The position numbers and the translations under genes are program-made. The notes beneath the pieces are model-generated. The model did not search any database and had not been told where the DNA came from. It worked only from the letters and a program-made list of their open reading frames with translations. From the NCBI GenBank assembly GCA_963693365.1, contig CAVNZM010000001.1, forward strand, positions 18,400,783 to 18,464,782: a stretch of 64,000 nt of DNA, written 5' to 3'. Below, in pieces: positions 55,405 through 64,000 of the stretch; positions within the stretch are counted from its first letter, which is position 1, and each line of letters starts with the position of its first letter. Source of the stretch: Amoebidium appalachense (taxonomy: Eukaryota > Protista > Ichthyosporea).

Positions 55405-56203
55405 ACCCACCCCCACCCCACCCCAATACTGTTGAAACAAAAAGGGATCGATCCGAAGTTAGGAACCATGTGCACGAGGTTAGAAAAGTCTTTTTTTTTT
55501 TTTACCCCCACAATCCCTAAGTGGATGCATAGGAACCCTGCTGATGATGGGCTCTGCCTCACGTTTTCTATTTATTCCATTCACTATTGCCATATTGGTT
55601 GTTTTCGTTTGTGGTGTTCTATCTGTTGTCCTTTGGTGTCTCCTCCATATTTCCCACCCTCTAATGCATACATCCCCCCCCCCCCCTCTCATCAAGTCAC
55701 TACTTCTGCCTCAGCACTGATGTGTTGTGTTAAGCCTACTCACCCCCATCTGCAGGGCTTGGCAGAAAATTTACCCTTGGAGTTCGAATCCCCCACTCCG
55801 AGCCTTCCCCCTTCCCCCCTCTCCCCTCCCCCCCCCCCCCCCCCCAAAAAAAAAAAAACTTTCGAAAGAAATGGAAAAAAACATGCACAGCCATCCTTTT
55901 GTGAGGAGCTCGGAAACCGCGGCTTTCCCGTTTGTGAGGAGCGGAGCCCTTTGCGCTAGTGTGTCAGACGTTTCACGTAATCGGCTGCGAAAAATGTCAA
56001 AAATTGGCGCTTTTAGATCTTCTGACGCATGTTTGTGAAATATTCATCGTTGTAGACTAATTGGCACCAAAACCAAGTGGCCCCCAGATTTACACGAATG
56101 CGAATAATACTCTTTGGGAGTCGTTCGATGCAAAACTTTCTCTTCCAATATTTCCCCCTCCCCCCCCCCCCTCCCCCCTCCCCCCCCCCCCCCCCTTTAA
56201 CCC

Positions 56204-56234
<31 letters not shown>

Positions 56235-56820
56235 CTCCCCCTCCCCTCCCCCCCCCCCCCCCCCCCCCCCGCCCCTCTCCCCCCCCCGACCCTCTCCCTC
56301 CGAACCCCTATATCCCACTTCATTATATCTTGTAACTGGGTCTTCAAGCCATCTCTTGCAGGAAACCCTCAGTGGAAGCATTATTAAATGCCCCCCCCCC
56401 CCCACCCTGCCCCCCCTCCCCCCCTCTCCCCCCCCCCCCCCCCCCCCCCCCAACACACACACACACACACACACAATGCATGCCCTCTTATATGACCACA
56501 ATGACAGCGTCGACATTTTGTTATATCTACACTGCTTGATATATGCTGTTTCAATGTAGCAAGTGGGCTATTAGTAGTGGGGTGTTATGTCTACCATGCT
56601 TTCTGTAACCGGTTAATTTGCACTACACTTATGCCGCTTGCTACACATGATGCTGTGTAAATTCTAACCATGTAGCTAATGTTAAAATTTCACATATCGA
56701 TTAATCTGTTTTGCCATAAGATATCTCTCGCTGTACAACCAAAAATATGTTGGAAAAGTTCGGAAGCCTTGCGGGTTTGTGCTGGTTACTCGCTGCACAA
56801 AAACACTCCCAGGTATCGAG

Positions 56821-57100
56821 GGGTTTTGCTCGGTATATCAAAGCAGGGTTCTATCGAGTGGGTTTTTGCTCGGTATATCAAAGCAGGGTTCTATCAGGTG
56901 GGTTTTTGCTCGGTATATCAAAGCAGGGTTCTATCAGGTGGGTTTTTGCTCGGTATATCAAAGCAGGGTTCTATAAGGTGGGTTTTTGCTCAGTATATCA
57001 AAGCAGGGTTCTATCAGGTGGGTTTTTGCTCGGTATATCAAAGCCGGGTTCTATCAGGTGGATTTTTGCTCGGTATATCACAACAGGCATATATCAGGTG
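56821..57100. repeat. 40-bp minisatellite, ~7 units
   Basis: The unit ggtttttgctcggtatatcaaagcagggttctatcaggtg recurs every 40 bp from 56821. Confidence 0.95.
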
Positions 57101-57959
57101 CACGGATGTCCAGATCTTATTACTTTCCCTTTCCGGTTGCGGCATGCACAACATCCTTTTTATAATTGCTACTTCCACTGTCCTTTGGTCCAACCCTCGC
57201 AAAGGAAAAAGAAAATACTGTTGACCTAACCCCTCCCCCCCTCCCCCCCTTCTGTACACCATCCCTCTTCCCAATGCTGCCGCACATGCCACCGAACCCC
57301 ACTCAACCCATTCATTATAGTAAGTTAAACCACTCGGATCCGGGACCACCACCCTACCAGATTACATCAATCCTCTTCCCCCCTCTCCCCCCCCTCCCCT
57401 CCCCCCCCCCTCCCCCCCCCCCCCCCCTCCTCCCACCCACCCATCCGTCGACCGAACGTGACCCCCCATCAACCCGGTTCTGATCCCATTTCTTCCTCAT
57501 CGCACCACTACGAATGCTATTCCCCACGGTAGCCCAATTGCAACCATTCTCCCTCACAGATTCCGCATGTATGATCACACCATAGCCTTTCTTTGCTGCC
57601 GGGGGGGGGGGGGGGGGGGGGGGGGGGGAGCCGGGGGGGTGGAGGGTGGGGAGGGGAGGGGGGAGAAGGTGGGTGAGTGGGTCGGTGGGGGGGGGGGGGG
57701 GGGGAGGGGAGGTTGTTTGAGCTACATTAGCTGTTTCTGCGACCACGCATTGGGGAGGGGAGGGAAGGAGGCTTTTAAGACAAGATAGTTGGAATAGATG
57801 GGAGGGGGGTGGTGGGGAGGTGAGGGGGGAAAGGGGGGGGGGCCCGGGTGGGGAGACGGGTGGAAACTTTCGACACAATGTAAGGTCATAGCCACTTGAC
57901 CTTTCTCTATCAGTAGGCTGCCGCGCATGCGGAGGTGTGTCCGTGGCAGGTGAGAGAGA

Positions 57960-58008
<49 letters not shown>

Positions 58009-59435
58009 CGCGCGCGCGCGTGTGGTTATGGAGGGGGAGGGGGGGAAGGGAGGGATGGACAGGTATACTATGATAGCCTACGGTCTTATAGCAAAGACCA
58101 TTTTCCACCCTTGATGCCAGAGAGGGGACCCGGCGGAGTGGGGGATGGTGGAAGGGGGTGGGGGGGGGGAGGAGGGGAGGGGGTTGGGGGGGGGAGGAGG
58201 GGGGTAACTAAATATATGTCGTGGAATTTCGACTTTGACATATACCTTGCCGTTTTAAAATGTGATACTCTTGTTCTTCTGCGGAATTCTCTTCTGGAAA
58301 AAAGGGGTGACGGGTTGCTGCCCCCGAGGGGATAGGGAGAGCATTTTTTTTTGGGGGGGGGGAGGGGGGGGGGGGGGGTGAGGGAGGGGGGTTTCAATGC
58401 GGATGGGATGAACTACTGACAGTCATCACAGAAAAATCCCCCCCGGTATTCCAACGAATTTTCAAAATGTTGTGGAAAAGGGCAGGGTTTCAAAAATTGC
58501 TCTGCAGAGTACAAAGCACAGCCCATCAGGTGCAAAGTGAGGGACACAGCAACACATGCAACTTGGAGCACACAAAAACAAAAAAAAATTGCACTAACTT
58601 AGCACAGTCCACTTCCGAGGGGGCCGAAAAATCTTACCAACCGTATTCGCATTGGCTTCCCACCCTTCATTCTACTTGTGGATATATAACCTCAAGCAGG
58701 AAATTGGGGGAGAGCTTGGAAGTGATTGGTTCCCTGCACCGTAATGGGGGGGGGGGGGGGGGGGGGAGGGAGGGGCTTTGGTTATTTCAAGTTTATTTTA
58801 TTTTATTTTGCAGTATTTTTTTCCCCCTAGGGCTGAGAGGGGGTGGGGGTGGGGGGTGGGGCTTGGGGGGAGGGGGAGGGGATGTGACGTATCATAGTTG
58901 AAAGCGCTCACACCGCCCACCCTAACCATCAGAACCACGCAATAAACAGATTTATTGGTGTCAAGAGTCACCAAATTGGGAGCCAATGTTTCATTATTTC
59001 TGCCCTTGCAGTAATGAAGCCGGGGTTGGTGGGAGAGGGGGTGGGTGTGTGTGTGGGTGGGTGGGTGGGGGGGGGGGGGGGGGGGGGGGGGGGGGAAGGG
59101 AAGGGGTACGGGCATCTCGAAAACCTGACTAACGGGGCGGGCGGGGGGGGGGGGGGGGGGGGGGGGGGGAGGGGGGAATGGGGTGGTGGGGGCTAAAAGG
59201 GGCGAGGACTGGGGATTCGAAAGTAGGGCAATCTTTGTGACTAGAAACGTATTTCACGCTCAAGGAAATAAATCACTAGGTGCGAGGATAGGCAGAAAAC
59301 ATTACACCACCTAGACTGGTTAACAGGTGTTACAGGAGAACATCTGCCGTACGGCAAAAAATAATCGTAGCGCAATCATTGGGGGGGGGGGGGGGGGGGG
59401 GGGGGGAGGGCGGGAGGGGGGGGGGGGGAGGGAGT

Positions 59436-59466
<31 letters not shown>

Positions 59467-60417
59467 GGGGGGCGGGGGAGGAGGGTGGGAGAGAGGGAGG
59501 ACGAAGGGATTGATGCGCTAGCTACAACGGCTAATAGAATGAAAGCAGCCCCCCCTCTCCCCCCCCCTCCCCGCCCCTCCCCCCTCCTCTCTCTCTTTTC
59601 CGCCCCCCTCCCCCTCCCCCCCCCCCCCCAACCCTCAACCACTCCCGCCCCCCCGTCCTTTTTGGTTCCACAACCCTCACCTTCCTTTTTGAGCAACTGA
59701 TCTAACAGCCTATTGGTCACCTCAGCAGGAGCCATATCTATCCTTCTCGTGGCAAAACTCCGTAAATGCTAGCGGACTAAGCATGTGTGGATACGTGCTT
59801 GCCTGGCTAGTTTGTGCATGAGACAGAAGGAGACGTCTTGCAGGGGATCAGTAACCAGTGACTAGCAGCAGCAGCAAGGGTGAGAGGGGGGTGGAAAGGG
59901 GGGTGGATGGGGAACGGGGGGAAGGGGGGGGAGAGGGAGGGGCGGGGGGAGAGGGGAAAGGGGAGGTCGGGGGGGACGAGGGGGAGGGGAGGGGGGGGGG
60001 GGAGGGGGTGAGGAGGGCACTTATCTAATACGGTAACGGAATCGGATGCAACAGTTCTCTTGTTGATGGGGAGGAGGGGGAGGGGGGATGTGTGTGTGTG
60101 TGGGTGGGTGTGTGTGTGGGAGGGGGGGGAAAGAGGGAGGAGGAGAAGGGGAGAAGGGAGGGGGGGGAGGAGGGGGGAGGAGGGGGAGGAGAAGGGGGAG
60201 GGGGGGGGGAGGGGGGGGGGGGGGGGGGCATACCAAAAAATTATTAGAAGCTGCAGGAACAGGTGTGCTGATAGAAGCAATATGATATTATCGTGATGCC
60301 ATGTGATAGTGTGTGTGTGCATGTGTGTGTGTGTGTGTGCATGTGTGTGTGTGTGTGTGTGTGCGTGTGTGTGTGTGTGTGCGTGCGTGTGTGCGTGTGC
60401 CTGCGTTTGTGCCTGTG

Positions 60418-60532
<115 letters not shown>

Positions 60533-60550
60533 CCTGCGTTTGTGCCTGTG

Positions 60551-60586
<36 letters not shown>

Positions 60587-60663
60587 CTGTGTGTGTGTGT
60601 GTGTGTGTGTGTACACATGTGTGTTTGTATGAACACGTGTGTGTGTGTATGTGTGTGTGTATG

Positions 60664-60727
<64 letters not shown>

Positions 60728-60778
60728 CTGTGTGTCTGTGTACACGTGTGTGTGCGTGTGGAATATTCGTCTCGTCAT

Positions 60779-60886
60779 AACATGTGCTTGTCTAAGGTTT
60801 GTCCATGCACGTGTGCAGCTGAATTGACGTCCAACACGTGCTTGTCTAAGGTTTGTCCATGCACGTGTGCAGCTGAATTGACGTCA
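60779..60886. repeat. 54-bp tandem duplication
   Basis: aaca(t/c)gtgcttgtctaaggtttgtccatgcacgtgtgcagctgaattgacgtc occurs twice. Confidence 0.9.
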
Positions 60887-62109
60887 ACACAAGGAAGACC
60901 TTACTACTCAGCACCACTTGGTGTGGCTGGCACTTGGTAGGTCTGTCCACTGAATCGGACATGAACTTGTGTGGCACTGCATCAGTTTAGCATTTTTTGC
61001 CGCCATGTACTGTATGCCATTGTGTTTGTGCGTGCTAAGTGTACACTAAGCATTCCACTACAAATGTATAATATGACCGATAAACCATTATAAGCTCTCC
61101 TTGAATGATTCAAGAAGTGAGTAGTCTGAAATCATTCCGGAGCTGCTACCGATATGCCAGAGCCAAATTTCAAGTTACTGAAATGTTCGTGCAAAACGGG
61201 TCACAGTTGGTCAGCATTATCATTATTATACTTCCGTGTGTGGGTGTAAATGTGCCCGCGTAGTACTGCCCATTATTATGCATAACCCAAAGTATATCGG
61301 TAAGGGGATCATTTTAAGTGGTGGCTGTGTCACCACAGCTGCAGTTCCCGCACTTCAAACACCGGTGAAACCGAGTAGATACTAGCCTAGGAATCTGAAC
61401 CTTCCGAGTTAGACATTGAACATCGATACTGTACACGGGCGGGTAACTGGTAGTGCACTAATGTTACAGTTGCTGCACAAATATATGTTGCATCCATGCA
61501 AGATTTAGCGTGGGCAGCCAGTGCGGGGCATAATTTTGTTGGCCACTGAAGGCATTAGCCTGAAAGGTCAGTTGAGGTTTTTGGTCAATACTAATTATGC
61601 ATAACTGTACATGTTGTCTCTGCATGAAGAAACCGTAATACAAGTGAAGATATTCTTCGCCCACAGTACAGGTACAAGCTGTCTAGCGGCACATGCACGT
61701 GCCCAATCGTTTTTGTCCATCCTCCTACTACTAGCTTATCAAGGGATTTTCACACTCACGCCGTAGGCCTAGTGTTCTCTAGAAAACACCTTTTCATGTG
61801 TCGGCGAACAAACGTGTTGGATCTGCGGATCTGAATTCCTTGTAATATATGTAACTGGCGCGAGTTGATTGGTGGACTAAATCTCTGGAGTCTCCCCAGA
61901 ATCCCGGGGCGGAAATTCTTGAGTATGTCATGATTCAAAATAAGTAAGGGTTGACAAGCAATATTGCTTCAAGCTAGTTTTTTTACCATTTATAACATAC
62001 AACAGAATGTTGTTTATTATTCTGTGCTACGTTTGAACCATTTGCCTCACTTAGAAAGGGCGGTATGCTTCAGCGCACTGGAGGACCCATGCGAAATTTG
62101 CTGCATTTC

Positions 62110-62211
62110 GAATCCTCCAATCAGATCATATTTTTAATCTGCCCAATCAGATTAGACGTTCGAATAACCCCTGCTAAGTATATAAGGCCGCCGCATGGGA
62201 TTCATTCACTC
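62110..62211 (+). promoter_or_regulatory. Core promoter of reductase copy 2 (2x CCAAT, TATA, Inr-like)
   Basis: CCAATCA at 62117 and 62143, TATATAA at 62179, CCGCAT at 62191 and CATTCACTC at 62203. Confidence 0.75.
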
Positions 62212-62255
62212 AGTGCGATTACGTACAGCTTCAGTAACACACGCAAAAAACAAAA

Positions 62256-64000
62256 ATGGTGGACACGCAGGATATTAGCGCGCTCTTTGAGAAGGCGCAG
62301 CAGTTTGTGCGCGACGGCGGGCTGCAGGCGGCCACGGCCACGGCCGCGGACGAGCGCGAGCTCAGCCTGACGCTGTACGGGCTGTACAAGCAGGCCACGG
62401 CCGGGCGCTGCGATGCCCCCCAGCCGTCGTACTTTGACTTTGCCGGCCGCAAGAAGTGGCAGGCCTGGGCCGATTGCGGCGACATGGCCGCCGACGAGGC
62501 CAAGCGCCAGTACGTCAGCATCATCGACCAGCGCTGCCCGTCGTGGGCCGGCCCGGCCCGCGAGAGCGAGCTGCGGCGGGCCAGCGTGGTGGCCAGTGTG
62601 GAGGCCGACGCTGTGCACAGCGCCTACTTTGTGACGGGCGCCACAGGGTTCCTCGGCAAGAACCTGCTTGCCGTTATGCTCAAGCGCAACCCCACGGCCA
62701 CCTTCTACTGCCTGGCCTTTGAGGACGAGGCGGCCTTTGCCAAGATCTTTTCTGAGCGCTTTGGCGCCGATGCGAAGCGCATTGTGCGGGTGGGCGGCAA
62801 CATCACCAAGCGCCACCTGGGCATGAGCGAGGAGCAGCTGCGCATGCTCAAGGACGAGGCCCGTGTGACGGTCATGTTCCACCTGGCCGCCCTGTACGAC
62901 CTGCGGGCCACACAGGAGGCCAACCACGCGCTCAACGTCGAGGGCACCACGTATGCCGTCGAGGTGGCCAACATGCTGGGCGTGGAGTTCAACTACGTGT
63001 CGACCATTGTGGTGGCCGGCGACTACCAGGGCACGTTCATGGAGACCATGTTTGACGAGGGCCAGACCCACCACAACCCGTACTACAAGACCAAGTTCGA
63101 CGCCGAGGCCATTGTGCGCGCGCAGTGCACCACGCCCCTGCGCATCTACCGCCCGGGCATTGTGATTGGCTCGTCCGAGACCGGCGAGGCCGAGAAGATT
63201 GACGGGCCCTACTACATGTTCGACACGATCCGCCAGCTGCGGCGCTATGTGCCCGAGTGGCTGACGCTGGTGGGCATCCGCGGGGAGAAGATCCCGCTGG
63301 TGCCGGTGGACTACGTGGTCAAGTGCATGGACGCCATTGCGCACCGCCCAGGCTGCGCCGGCAAGACGTTCCACCTGGTCGACCCCGAGCCCTGCAGCTT
63401 CCTGGACGTCTTCAACATCTTCAGCACGGCAGCGCACGGGCCGGCGTTCTCGTCGCGCATCAGCGACACGGTGCTGGGCATGGTGCCCAACGACATGATC
63501 AAGAACGTGGTCAGCCAGTACCCCAAGTGCATGCAGTGGCCCTTCGACCTGGCCACGGCCATGACCGGCGTGCCCCAGGACGCCCTCAAGTACGCCTTCT
63601 GGGCCACCCGCTTCGACTGCAGCGCCACCCAGGCCGCCCTGGCTGCTGCTGGTACGGGCATCACGTGCGCGCCGCTGGCGTCGTACGCGTGGAAGTGCTG
63701 GGACTACTATGAGCGCGTGATGGTGCCCCGGCTGGCGTCAGCCAACCACCTGGCCAAGGAGGTGCGCGGGCGTGTGTGCCTGGTGACGGGCGGTGACAGC
63801 GGCATCGGCTGGGCCATCAGCCAGAAGCTGGCCGGGGCCGGGGCTGTGCTGGTGCTGGTGTCGTTTGACACGGCGGGGCTGGCGCGGGCCAAGGGCGAGC
63901 TGGAGGCGGTGTACCCGGGGGTGCAGGTGCACACGTACTACTGCAACCTGGCCAAGGAGGACGAGAGCACGGCGCTGCCCAAGCAGATCCTGGCCGACCT
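62256..64000 (+). CDS. ACBP + extended SDR + classical SDR fatty acyl-CoA reductase, copy 2 (truncated by window end)
   Basis: ATG at 62256 (MVDTQDISALFEKAQQ...), open to the window end, which is probably why it is absent from the ORF track. It is near-identical to the reverse complement of about 34329-36073. Confidence 0.93.
   Translation, partial: MVDTQDISALFEKAQQFVRDGGLQAATATAADERELSLTLYGLYKQATAGRCDAPQPSYFDFAGRKKWQAWADCGDMAADEAKRQYVSIIDQRCPSWAGPARESELRRASVVASVEADAVHSAYFVTGATGFLGKNLLAVMLKRNPTATFYCLAFEDEAAFAKIFSERFGADAKRIVRVGGNITKRHLGMSEEQLRMLKDEARVTVMFHLAALYDLRATQEANHALNVEGTTYAVEVANMLGVEFNYVSTIVVAGDYQGTFMETMFDEGQTHHNPYYKTKFDAEAIVRAQCTTPLRIYRPGIVIGSSETGEAEKIDGPYYMFDTIRQLRRYVPEWLTLVGIRGEKIPLVPVDYVVKCMDAIAHRPGCAGKTFHLVDPEPCSFLDVFNIFSTAAHGPAFSSRISDTVLGMVPNDMIKNVVSQYPKCMQWPFDLATAMTGVPQDALKYAFWATRFDCSATQAALAAAGTGITCAPLASYAWKCWDYYERVMVPRLASANHLAKEVRGRVCLVTGGDSGIGWAISQKLAGAGAVLVLVSFDTAGLARAKGELEAVYPGVQVHTYYCNLAKEDESTALPKQILAD

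Overview
Eukaryotic, intron-rich DNA whose introns and spacers are full of (CA)n/(GT)n, (AG)n and long G/C homopolymer tracts, so most ORFs in the supplied track are repeat noise. The gene content suggests an opisthokont, probably a unicellular holozoan (inference). I assembled six loci by hand from splice sites: AP-1 mu subunit (11 exons, -), a FUT8-like GT23 fucosyltransferase (7 exons, +), a syntenin-like tandem-PDZ protein (-), an F-box/LRR protein (+), a mucin-like type I membrane protein (+), and an intronless GC-rich ACBP + extended SDR + Acr1-type SDR fatty acyl-CoA reductase fusion. The reductase is present as two near-identical inverted copies 26 kb apart, the second running off the window end. 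Main findings: (1) this ACBP-reductase fusion, its apparent gene conversion and a promoter footprint shared by the two copies; (2) a family of mostly intronic repeats that are sense-oriented and end at poly(C) tracts, with a GTACTTCGTAC core; (3) a 1.1-kb non-coding retroposon with a 15-bp TSD, an internal 41-bp hairpin array and a structured 3' end; (4) a 1.6-kb non-autonomous TIR element. No computation or database search was run.
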